This document shows, in pieces, positions 12,528 through 24,329 of a stretch of 64,000 nt of DNA. A program made the position numbers and the translations under genes. Source of the DNA: Obrimoposthia wandeli (taxonomy: Eukaryota); contig CDROCS010000681.1 in assembly GCA_977020255.1 (NCBI GenBank), positions 744,001-808,000 of the forward strand. Reading direction: 5' to 3'. Within the stretch, counting starts at the first letter, position 1. The number at the start of each line of letters is the position of its first letter. The notes beneath the pieces were generated by a model. It worked only from the letters and a program-made list of their open reading frames with translations, made no database searches and was not told the origin of the DNA.

Positions 12528-13157
12528 TTATCTTTGTTTTTGTTTATACACCATACATTTGTTGAAAATATCGGTTTTTATTCTCAATTCATCAGAACAT
12601 GATTGAGTAAAATTAAGAAACAAGTAACTATGAGGAATTTTAGTTGCATCTTGAAATGAATTTATCAAATATTGCCTGTTATTAGGAAATACTTGACGTG
12701 AAACATAGTCAATAACCGTTTGATCACGAGGATTCTTAAACAAAACCAAGTAATGTACGTTTAAATTACGTGTTCTGTGTTTACCGCCTTTATGAAATAG
12801 GTTTTGAGTAATGAAAATTACGGTAACACAGCTGTGTCCTGCTATTTTAATGAATAAATTATTAAAGTTTGACTCTTTATTTGCTTCATCATACAAGTCA
12901 TCAATGACTATAACATCATCACGTTTTAACTGTTTAAACCAGTTTTGATCAAAACCATTGATAAATTTAATGTTTTTAAGTTTACATAATTCACTTTTAG
13001 TTAACCGGGATTCGCAAACATCACCATAGTGCCAATAAATTTTATAAAATCGATTAATAAACATTTTATTGTTTTGTAATAATTTAGTTACAAAATGTAT
13101 TTTTCCACTACCACTAAGTGCCACTATCTGATATACAGCATTATTTTAAAGTTTCAT
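12528..13157 (-). pseudogene. FtsK/HerA-type DNA packaging ATPase
   Basis: MKL*NNAVYQIVALSGSGKIHF (degenerate Walker A, early stop), VIVIDD (Walker B), IFITQNLF, and RTRNLNVHYLVLFKNPRD. Confidence 0.9.
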
Positions 13158-13204
13158 AATAATAAGAAGAAGAAGAATAAGAATAAGATAAGAATAAGAA
13201 TATT

Positions 13205-13472
13205 GTTTATAGGCATTTTATTAATATATACACCAAAAACGAATTAAAAATTGATACAGAAAAAGTTATATACATCATGTTTGAACGATTAATCTGATAG
13301 AAATTTTCAAAATCCTTTTTCCATTTGAGATCTCTGTAGGCATGTGAGCGAACTATTTCTTTAAGATGATCACGACTATCTTCAATTAAACTTGAAAAGT
13401 ATTGAACACCATTTATTGTTCCTTTATAATTTCATCAACAACATCATCAACTAATTTATCGTTTTTATTCAT
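13205..13472 (-). pseudogene. Small ORF with hydrophobic C-terminus, unknown function
   Basis: MNKNDKLVDDVVDEIIK, then after a frameshift VQYFSSLIEDSRDHLKEIVRSHAY...SIFNSFLVYILIKCL*. Lies between the IAP and ATPase genes. Confidence 0.3.
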
Positions 13473-13901
13473 TCTTATATATAAATCACCAAAATTTCAA
13501 TTGTTTATACCATGAAATTTTACATTTCTTACTCTCCTTTCAATTATTTGTCGACATACTGGACATGAATGTAACCTTATGGAACATGAAATACATGTTT
13601 TTACATGTCTGCATGGTAGAAATACTACTTCAATATGATTATTCAAACATACTACACATTCAGGTTCTTTTAACATGTATGAAAGTATATCTATGGATTG
13701 TTTTACAGGGTTTATTTCTAAATTAGATAAATCACAAATCATTTCAAATAGTGAATTGTATTCTCCATATTGCATCATTTTATATTTTTAAACAGATTTT
13801 ATTCTATCTTTCGTGAAAAAGCTTTTGAAGTATCTGATGTTGTTGGTATCCATCAACATGTCAAATTTTTCAGTAGTTAAAGGATATTCAATTATACATT
13901 C

Positions 13902-16900
13902 AGTAGTATATAGTGTCGGTACTAAACCAGTTTGTTCCTTTGGTTTAGTACCAACACTATAGTGGTCTAAAAATTCTGTATACTGTCATTTTTTAAACAG
14001 AGTGTCGTTAAAATGTCTAAAATTTGTTTAAATTGGCTTAAAATGACTCAATATGACTCAAATTTTTACCTTTTTACTACAAAATATATTTGAGTTCGTA
14101 TGTGTAATTTCCAGACTTGGCCAAAAAGTCTCGAAATCACACATACTAAACCAATGGTAATAGCCTCCCCTGGGCAGGTACCTTTTACTGCAAAACCATT
14201 TTTGGCGTTGTATGCATGATTTCAAGACCTTTTTTCAAATATGGTGCTAAATATCTCGCCGTTTAAAACAAAATATGATTTCAAAACCATTTTCAAATAT
14301 GGCTCTAAATATCTTGCCGTTTAAAACAAAAGTAGATTTTGAGTAGATTTTAAGAAGATTTTAAGTAGATTTTAAATGGCCAAAGTCTCCCTTACGGAGC
14401 CTCCTAAGAGGGAAGCCATTCATCCGAAGACGAGCAGCACCTTTGAAAAAGATTATATTTATATTACTTTTGTTTATAGTTAAAGAATAATAAATCAATT
14501 AATTATTTATTCATATGATAAATAACATTTAAATCAATAAATCAATAATTCATGTGATACTTTGATGTTAATGATATTGATATTCTTTAGGGTTAGTGCG
14601 AAGAGCACATAACATATCCAAAGTACCTAGAGTCATAATGATGAAATGATTTTAAAACTAAAGTGTTTCGATTATATAAAAACCTAACTTCAATATAATT
14701 AGTCAACTAATCAAAATAATCCTATATAATAAATAATTTGATTAAACACAAAAGTTGTATTAATATATACAAGTGAGTGTGTGTATGTGTGTGAATGAGT
14801 GTGTACAAATGATTATGATATTAAATAGTCACAACAACAATAACAAAACTATATATATTATTTAAAATTATTAAGTTAAATTAAAATGACCGTAAGCAAG
14901 GCTTTTATTCTTACTAATTCTTTCATGTCTTTGGAAATAATAAATGTATTTGCAAATGTAAATTTTTTTTGTTGTTTGGTTTATCGATTTGACGTAATTT
15001 AGTATGATCAAACAGTATTTTTAGAATTTTTTCAATTTTTCAAATTATATTCTTTAAAAAGATTTATTATGTATTCATAAAAATAATTTGCAAACGAATG
15101 TGAAACATCTAATTTATAAATGTATTTAAAATTTTTTTTATTGAAATTAATATTTCTAATCTATATAAATCTAACTTTTATAAAATATAATGTAAAAACT
15201 ATGATGTTAAATACTTTTAATAAATTTAAAAATTTATGATGTTAAATACTTTTTACAAGTAATGTTTTAATTTTGAAATAATTTTTATATTTATTTGTAA
15301 GTGTAAAAGTTTTTTAAATTTATTTAGAAATGTTTTGTAAAATTCTAACGAATCTAAATTATGGAATATTGAAAATTAATTTGCAAACACATGTTATTCA
15401 AAGTTACTGAAAGTTTTGTTTAGAAATTAGAATACCAAATCTTTAATTATATTGTTTTATATGTAAATAAATCAAATAGTGTACATATTCGATTATCAAC
15501 TTAGTATTTCTATTTATTATTCAACTTTATAAAATATTAAAAATCTCTTCTGACAACAAATAAAATAAAGTATTGATCGTATGAATTAATACAAGTGTAA
15601 ATGTAAATAAAAGAAAGTAAAATTAACAATAAAGTACAAGTATTAATGAATCCAGCTACAAGTAAGAAATAATACGATTGCAAGTACAAATGTCAAGTAC
15701 AGGTATGAATGAAAATTAGTAAAAATATTAATGAATTTGAATGATAGTTTGAATAATGAGAGTTAATAGAGTTGAATAGTAAGAGTCTTAAACTGCAAGT
15801 GTGAAATTTTAATTGAGTAATTGAGAGGGGAAAAAATAATAAGAGTGTTGAGAGTATGATTGAATGTGAGTGTAATTTAAACTATAAGTAAATTAAAATA
15901 GAGTTTTCGTATTTATATGAGATTACTAGGAAACAACACTATGTTTGATGGCATGAATGAAAATAATTCTAAATGTGAGTAAAACTATAGACAAGTTAGT
16001 CATTAGAAATGTATGATTGAATGTAAATGTAAATCATAATGTAAATAAATTAGTTAGAGATTATGGTTAAAAAATAAAAATATCGGGAAATATTGTGGGT
16101 TAAGAAGAGAAGTATAGAGTTGGGCTTAAAGTAGAGAGACTTTTCGACGTGGTTAAGATGTTTAAGAAAAGAAAAATAGAAAGATTAATGATATTTTCAG
16201 GAAATTACGATATTCAAGTGGATAGTGCATAAATTCGTGAGATAAAACATCAATATCTATTAATAATTTCTATAACATTATACATCCTTCGGTAATCTTC
16301 CATATGTGTTTTAAACTTCCATCATATTTGATCATAAATCCTTGAATCATAATGAATAGGGGTCCATTTTTCATATCCTTTTCAACATTCCAATAATCTG
16401 CAAAAATACGTTCATCAGCTCTCACCAATATAGAATTTCTATGAATTTTATATCCAATATCTATTTAATTTTGTTTATTGGCATTCAAAAATTACTTTTA
16501 AACATAATATATTTTGTATATATTTAGTTTAATATGTTGTAAGTTATTACTGTAATAGTTCATTACATGAAAAGTAATTGATAGTTTACTATCGTTTACA
16601 ATAAATTGAAAATTTATACATTAGTTGTAAACAAATCAGTACTAATTGATTTAAACTAGATTAACTTTGTTTAATCTCGAGTATATTATATTCTTTGATT
16701 TCAATTAATGTACATTTTAAATATTATTTTGTATTAATGAATTGTAAATTTGTTTTCTCAATTAAAAGTTGAATGCTTTATCTTGTTAACAATGATAACA
16801 CAATATATATATAGAGAGAAAACGCAAACATTTCATTATACATAATTTGGAAGTTATTATTAAACAAAGTTAATCTTGTTTAAATCAATTATTAAAATTA

Positions 16901-17891
16901 AAACTAAAATTATTTAACATCATAGTTTTAAAATATATTTTATAAAAGTTAGATTTATATAGATTATAAATATTAATTTCAATAAAATTTCTAAAAATAC
17001 ATTTATAAATTAGATCTTTCACAATCGTTTGCAAATTATTTTTATGAAACATAATAAATCTTTTTAAAGAATATAATTTGAAAAATTGAAAAAATTCTAA
17101 AAATACTGTTTGATCATACTAAATTACATTAAATCGATAAACTAAAAAAAAAAAATTACACTTGCAAATACATTTATTATTTCCAAAGACATGAAAGAAT
17201 TAGTAAGAATAAAAGCCTTGCTTACGGTCATTTTAATTTAACTTAATAATTTTAAATAATATATATATAGTTTTGTTATTGTTGTTGTGACTATTTAATA
17301 TCATAATCATTTGTACACACTCATTCACACACATACACACACTCACTTGTATATATTAATACAACTTTTGTGTTTAATCAATTTATTTATTATATAGGAT
17401 TATTTTGATTAGTTGACTAATTATATTGAAGTTAGGTTTTTATATAATCGAAACACTTTAGTTTTAAAATCATTTCATCATTATGACTCTAGGTACTTTG
17501 GATATGTTATGTGCTCTTCGCACTAACCCTAAAGAATATCAATATCATTAACATCAAAGTATCACATGAATTATTGGTTTATTGATTTAAATGTTATTTA
17601 TCATATGAATAAATAATTAATTGATTTATTATTCTTTAACTATAAACAAAAGTAATATAAATATAATCTTTTTCAAAGGTGCTGCTCGTCTTCGGATGAA
17701 TGGCTTCCCTCTTAGGAGGCTCCGTAAGGGAGACTTTGGCCATTTAAAATCTACTCAAAATCTACTTTTGTTTTAAACGGCAAGATATTTAGAGCCATAT
17801 TGGAAAATGGTTTTGAAATCATAAAAAAGGGGTACCTTTTACTTCAAAACCATTTTGTTCCTTTGAGTTAGTACCGACACTATATACTACT
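13902..17891. mobile_element. Non-autonomous Polinton derivative nested in the IAP gene
   Basis: AGTAGTATATAGTGTCGGTACTAA termini at both ends. TSD ACATTC (13896-13901) versus ACAATC (17892-17897), one mismatch. Inverted arms ~13902-15215 and ~16910-17891. Confidence 0.92.
16270..16490 (-). pseudogene. 5'-truncated copy of the unknown Polinton accessory gene
   Basis: LVRADERIF...PLFIMIQGFMIKYDGSLKHIWKITEG aligns with FIKADEHLF...ILFIQIQGFKVDRLGRQKPIWRITEG of ORF 19196-19519. Confidence 0.75.
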
Positions 17892-18420
17892 ACAATCTGT
17901 TTCGATTTTCTCAATAACATTAACATCATTATATTGTCCTAAACATTTTGAATAATATATATCAGGTAATTTTACAACAACATCTGATACATATACTTTT
18001 CCAATCAATGGTGATGTATAAAAATCGATTTTCTTGACCATAGTTTCAATTATTGGTACATTTGAAACATTTAACATTAAAAGAAATGGACATGAAGGAA
18101 AAAACTTAATATGTTGCTTCATTGGTTTAAGATACCATTCCCAATCGAATATTGCACCTTGACAGTATATACATTTTACTTTATCAGTTGAATCATCATC
18201 ATGTTTATAAAATCCAGCTTTAGCTAAATTATATACAGATTGTTTCCCTTTAAAATTTATAATTAACGATCTTAATCTTTCACTTCCACGTCTATATTTC
18301 TAGTGTAAAACTTTCATTCTAGAATAATCTACTTTTTGTCTAACTAAAACATAATCAACAGTTTTATAATGAAGTATATAATCAACAAGCATTTTAAAAA
18401 ATTCAAAAACATATATTTGT

Positions 18421-18892
18421 TCATAAGAAACTTTCAAGAAAAAATACAATAGACTCGACTTGACAATGATAATCAAAATATTTAATACCATGAATAATCC
18501 CTTTTCCACTAGCAAACACATTAACACATAAAGGATTATACTTTAAAATTCTGAGTGCTAGAAACAATTCTGGTTCAAACATACAATTTCTTCCCATTTT
18601 CATAGATATCTTATACAAATTAACCTTCTTGTTGATATTCACTAGGATACTTAGAGATTGAATACGTTCAATTTCTATATTTATGAGCATGTTTGATTGG
18701 TTGTTTGCAAGTTATAATTCTGCATGAGCCTAAATAGTAGTAGTAATAATAATAATAATACCTGTTGGAAATATAACTATAGTATAATCCTTTAACTTTT
18801 CAAAATATTGTATAGGTTTTTTTGATCGAAAAGGTAAGTGACTAACACTTCCCTTAAATTTTACCTTTATAATTTATATTGATTATTTTCAT
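18421..18892 (-). pseudogene. TATA-binding-protein-like gene with a 32-nt intron
   Basis: Repeat 1: MKIININYKG...HLPF...IVIFPTG|SCRIITC after splicing GT...AG at 18761-18730. Repeat 2: IQSLSILVNI...MFEPELFLAL...VNVFASGKGIIHGIK, which resembles TBP YEPELFPGL...IFVSGKVVLTGAK. Stops and frameshifts present. Confidence 0.75.
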
Positions 18893-18941
18893 TATGTTAT
18901 AATAATTGATGATGTCACAAACATATATAGTTTCATATTAT

Positions 18942-18961
18942 CCAATGAGAATCAACCAATT
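18942..18961 (+). promoter_or_regulatory. CCAAT motifs in the spacer between the divergent TBP-like and unknown genes
   Basis: CCAATGAGAATC..CCAAT about 64 nt upstream of ATG 19017. The related CCAATGAGATTC lies about 60 nt upstream of the homologous gene in the 60 kb relic. Confidence 0.4.
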
Positions 18962-19016
18962 AGATTCAAGTAGTTAACTATAACTACCGAAACATTTCAG
19001 TTTACTCTCATTCATC

Positions 19017-19519
19017 ATGTTCAATTTTCAAAAAAGAAGAGCACAAAGAAGAGGAATAATGATATTTTAAATACAAGCAAAGTTGTACAGATAGATTCTG
19101 ATGATACAGAATTAGAGGATATTTTTAATGCAGAAACATAAGACCTATTCAAAGAATCTGTACCTTATTTCATTTATACAATAAATTTTCTAAAGATGCC
19201 TGTTACCTTTGGATTAAAATACCCTGTTATGCTAACAAAGTCCAAGTTTGACTATGTCATCTCAAGGATCCATCAAAATGATATTAATGATATCAATTCT
19301 ATTTTCAGAAGAATGATATTAGATATCAAAATTGAAAACTTTAGTGCTTTTATTAAAGCTGATGAACATCTGTTTAAAGGAATATATACTTACTCTGAAG
19401 AAGAATTTCCCAAAAGCAAATATTGGATTTTATTTATTCAAATTCAAGGATTCAAAGTCGATAGACTCGGGAGACAAAAGCCTATTTGGAGAATTACTGA
19501 AGGACATAATAAAGTTTAA
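19017..19519 (+). pseudogene. Unknown Polinton accessory protein (~165 aa)
   Basis: ORF 19196-19519 extends upstream through one stop (19139-19141) and a probable frameshift in an A-run to ATG 19017. Homologues at 16270-16490 and 59700-60179. Confidence 0.65.
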
Positions 19520-19539
19520 TAATATTTATCATATGAATA

Positions 19540-19989
19540 AATGATTTATTGATTTTATTTTAATGTTATTTATCTTATGAATAAATGATTTATTGATTTT
19601 ATTTTAATGTTATTTATCATATGAATAAATAATTAATTGATTATATTATTCTTTAAATGTTAACTATAAACAAAAGTAATATAAATATAATCTTTGCCAA
19701 AGGTGCTGCCCGGTCTTGCAGAGCTCGCCTCTTAGGAGGCTCCGCAAGGGAGACTTTGGCCACTTAAAATCTACTTAAAATCTACTTTTGTTTTAAACGG
19801 TAAGATATATAGCGCCATATTTGAAAATGGTCCGGAAATCACACATACGAACTCAAATAGATTTTGCAGTAAAAGGTAGAAATTTGAGTAATTTTGAGTA
19901 ATTTTAAGCCAATTTAAACAATTTTTAGACATTTTAACGACATTCTGGGGCTTTGTCGATTTGAGTTAGTACCGACACTATATACTACT
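19540..19989 (-). repeat. Right terminal inverted repeat of the Polinton
   Basis: Reverse complement aligns with 8071-8300 and with the nested element's arm (GGCCAAAGTCTCCCTT.CGGAGCCTCCTAAGAGG block). Confidence 0.9.
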
Positions 19990-20757
19990 CTTAGCTTGTC
20001 CAGAGATAATGTAATTTGCAACATATTTTTCATTGGTGTATTCATTATCCTTACTATCATCATTTTCAGACTTTTTAATGAATGACCACGAACTCATCAA
20101 TAGAAAATGGCTCTCCTATTTTCACAAAATATTAAGTGATTCTACAAACTGATGCTTATTTCTCTAATGTACGTGTCATCTAATTCATGTCATTAAAACT
20201 TTTATACTAAATTAAAGATAATTTATTTAGTGTTGACGATATGTTATAAATCATATTAGATACTTTAAATAATAGTGAAGCAAGCTTTTCATGATTAAAT
20301 TAATTATGATCCTGAACAAATAATAAACAAAGGTTTAATTGATGTTTATGGAAAATTTGTAATTTAAGTAAATTGTTTGAAAAGTTTGTGAAGAGAGAAG
20401 GAATTAAATTATGGTTATTTATACCAAAGTTTATGGATGAAATTGTCTGAGAATTTAGTTTTAACATATTCAAAGAAGAAAATATCAGACAGGAAAGATA
20501 AAAGTACATAAGTAATAAATGAATGGGTACAGAGAAGCTAAAATGAGAAAGAGAATTTATGATATTTTGATAGGATTTGATGAAATTATATATAGTTTTT
20601 TGTTGATTAATAATCTTAATAAAAAAGTAACATATTCTTTTTTAATGATAGGCAGCACAAATCAAAGTCATGTTTGAAATGCAAAGTATCCCACGAACTT
20701 GACAATTATCGAATATTTAAAATATTAAATGTTAACCAAAATATGGAAGTTAGTAAA

Positions 20758-20838
20758 GGATTACTAATTATACACTAACTGCTTTTAAAAGAAAAAAATG
20801 GATTACTAATTATACACTAACTGCTTTTAAAAGAAAAA
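20758..20838 (+). repeat. 42-bp tandem duplication
   Basis: GGATTACTAATTATACACTAACTGCTTTTAAAAGAAAAA occurs twice in tandem. Confidence 0.9.
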
Positions 20839-21737
20839 CCCTTTTCATGTAAAGAAATTATTTATTTAATGCTTGCCTAATCATGCTTATTTCATGGGAT
20901 AATCTTTCATAAATAATTTAACATCTTGCTGTAATTAAAAAGTTTCAGTTGAATGAGTCTATCAACTAATTCTTCCTAATTAAAAATTCAATTTTAATTC
21001 AACTAAATTCAATTTTAAAGATTTTATAAACATTCAATAATTTATATTAATATTATAAAAAATTATACCAATTTAGAATCTTATCCATTTTATATTACAA
21101 ATTATTTTCTTCAACAATAAACCAAGCAGTAAAAATATGCTAAAATTTAAGCAAAGATATAAAATAAGAAAGTACATGTCTAGTTAAGAAATTATAATAT
21201 TTACAAAGTCATATTATCATCTAAATTAAATACTAAACTTTAAAGACCGCATAAAATCTTACAAAAATATAAATAGATTCATAAATATTATTAGCTGCAT
21301 TTGTGAATTAAAAGACTAAAAATTATTTTGCACTTCTTGGAACTAAAATAATGTATATTATAACTAAAATGTGAACTTTAATTTAGAAATTCACTAATAT
21401 TATATTAACTAACTTTTAAAACTATGTAGTATTTGTAAAATATTACAATATGTTAATATATTATTAAATTCACATCTAATATTTATAAAATATAAATTAA
21501 AAACAAATATATTTCTGATTTTTGTACACCAGTGGGTATTATTCTATCGTCTTGTACTAATTTATTATGCGTGTGACTTAGAAATATTCAATGGATACTA
21601 TTAATGAATACTATTTATTTTAAAATATTTGCCCTAAAATCTTGCAGAGAAGCAAAAAATGTGATCAAATTATGAAGATTAAGAAGAGGCTAATACATAA
21701 GTTATATTAAAAAGAAAAAACAATCATTGAAGAAAAT

Positions 21738-22330
21738 CTATTGAAATTTATCAAAATCTTCATCTGATTCAAAATTGAACTTTTCCAATAGTTTGACAAG
21801 TTCATTGGGAATTTCATGAGTTTCTTCAGCATCACTTTCATTATTTTCATTGTATGGATGAATCATGACTTTTTGAAATCCATTCATTATACAATCAGGG
21901 ATTACTTGATTCGAACTCTGCATAATCCATTTACATACTTTTTTATATGAAGCTCTTATTGGATCATTTTTAATGTATCTATGATAACCTTCAATCATCT
22001 ATTTTCTCATTGGGAACGAATTTTTGACTTGAGCGTTTTATTTATCGAAATTTTAAGAACCTGTAGCTTCTTCCGGGAATTACTACTAGTTGTAAAATTT
22101 TTGTATTTTCTTTCTTCACATCTTCTGTAAGATGCGATCGTACAGAATCGTATATGAGCATATATTTAGGTTTACAATATGAATTCTTACTAATCTTCCA
22201 GAATTAATTTAGTTAAACTCAAAACATATCATGTGTCTTCCATCCTTTAATATTGGCTTTTATAATGATCCCTTCTGGAAATGTTTATTTCTATTCTAAT
22301 ATTCTTTGGATCCATTTGATATTTTCTTTT
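21738..22330 (-). pseudogene. pogo-like (DDE_1) transposase remnant
   Basis: FPEGIIIKANIKGW...MLIYDSVRSHLTEDVK...LVVIPG...LQVLKISINK...SYKKVCKWI...GFQK matches pogo catalytic-domain motifs. Many stops. Confidence 0.8.
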
Positions 22331-24329
22331 ATTTATTCGACTCTATTTAATTTAATTCGTTTTCACAAGATGTTTTATGAAATATAATTTTCACTAATAT
22401 GTATATTGTGAAAATAACAAAAGTATTATTTAATAATTTAGTAATTTCTTAGTATTTATTAAAATGGGTTTCTATCAAACAGATTAAAATTCCTTTAGAT
22501 GTGTAATTTATATATTTAGTAAATTAATTATAATTTGGGTTTCAACCGAATCTACCATTACGTTTTGTATTTCATTTTCAAAAGATTTTTCATAAAATAT
22601 CATAAAGTAAGAGTTTAACTACAGAAGCCAAAGTTTTTGAAATTTTGAGAACTTATTGAATTTAAACAAGTCAATCTTTATTTAGTATACGTTGCTGGTA
22701 AAGTCACCATGTGTCTATTTTTAAGTAGAACAACTTATATTGTATAAATACTGTATGGTTCATTTCTCTCTTGTCACGAGGACATATCTTGAATCGGTCC
22801 ACCAAATATTACCAAACTCAATGCTTGATCGTTTATTCATTCTTTCGGCTTGATTTGTAATAAATTTTGCCGTTATCTTTTTTACGTTGCAGATTTTTTA
22901 CTACTTGGGTTTAGAGTGTTTCGAGAAAGGGAGATAACATCGGAATGAGAAGCTGAAAAGTCAAAGTTTGATTGGAAAACTGGAAATGGGCTGCCATGCT
23001 CGAATATTGGTAGTTGACTGTAGGGCTCAGGAACCGAAAACAGACAATGAACCTGAAAGTCGATTATCTTATTGAGAATCTAGAATGAAAGTTATCTGAT
23101 GGGAAATTGAAAGCTGTCTTCGTAAATTTCTGCGGGCAGAGATGCAAGTCATACTCCGATTTAAGATGGTCGAGAAGCTCTGGTAATATTAATGAAAGAA
23201 GCTAACTTACTTTAGCTTGTGCCAAACATATCGACGCAACTTTAACTCAAAATGATAAGAAATATTTTTCATTTGTTGAACAAATTTTATACCTATAACT
23301 CAATCATGTGAGTTAATGTCAGAAATCCAAGTAAACGAGATTTCATTGATCTCACCATTTTACGTCTAATAAAACCTTGACTTTAATTGACGAGAACAAG
23401 TATAAATAATGGTTAACTGGGGTCAAAGTAGTTTCAAATCTTGAATTTTATAAATATTAAATTCATTGTCAAAAATAAGAAATATATCTTAAAACTGATA
23501 TTCAACTTCTGCTGCTGTCTTAAAAGTGAAGAAGTGGATAATAACAAACATGGTCAGATGAATTAGATAGAGCATTGTCTATTTAAAGAGCCAAAGATTT
23601 TGGATAACATGTATACTCAAACTATTTCGCTTATGGAGTTAGATTCCATTTTTAGAATATTTATGACAAATCTTAAATAGTAGATTCGACTATTACCAAA
23701 ATAATACACAATATAGTAAATAAATACTTTATACAACTAAAATGGCTTTTAAGCATTGTATCAAAACACATTTCAGTTAGACTTTTAATAAAAAATTTAC
23801 TAAGATATTGTTAAATAATTATAAAATAATTTTCTTATTTTCATAAAACACGCACATTTTAGTTTAAATTATATATTTTAATAGTCAATTAAATAGTAAA
23901 TATCCTTCTCCTCCACTATAGTCTAACTTGTCACAATAAATTTTATTCTATAAAAGTTTTTGTTGTTGTTATTTTATATAAAATCTTTTATTAACCATAC
24001 ATTTTTTATTTTCCTAAAATAAATTTTGATTGAACTTTTAAATTCTATAAAAAATCTTATGATAACGCAATACATACTTTAATAGTAGTTATTATTTTGA
24101 TTTGATTGATACTAAAATTATTATAAAGTATACTAAATATATATGTTATATAATAATTTTTTGGTAGAAATATATGTCCAAAATTTACAACACACTTTCA
24201 GACGAAGTTCCAAAGTTATTCAAATATGCAGTTTTTGAAAAGAACTGACAATAAGATGAAGTGTGCATTCAAATAACAGCTGTTCTCACATACGATATTT
24301 AGACGTCTTAAATTTAGTATCTATCTATC

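Larger units (their letters stand above)
13497..18320 (-). pseudogene. iap: Inhibitor-of-apoptosis (BIR + RING) gene split by a nested insertion
   Basis: BIR domain LAKAGFY...CIYCQGAIFDWEWYLKPMKQHIKFFPSCPFL has exact C-x2-C-x16-H-x6-C spacing. RING domain CVVC...PCRH..CISC...CPVC at 13497-13660. Removing 13902-17891 and one TSD copy joins the halves in frame (IETDC|IIEYPLTTEKF). In-frame stops at 18300 and ~13788. Confidence 0.9.
8071..19989 (-). mobile_element. Polinton/Maverick (adintovirus-like) element, internally deleted and non-autonomous
   Basis: Termini AGTAGTATATAGTGT(C)GGTACTAA at 8071 and its reverse complement ending at 19989. Identical 6-bp TSD CTTAGC at 8065-8070 and 19990-19995. 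Contains MCP, penton, RVE integrase and packaging ATPase genes. No pPolB or protease recognised. Confidence 0.95.

Noticed and set aside
13915-17880. AAV-like flip/flop inversion between the nested element's two ends
   Set aside because: More simply explained by each end losing a different arm of one ancestral hairpin.
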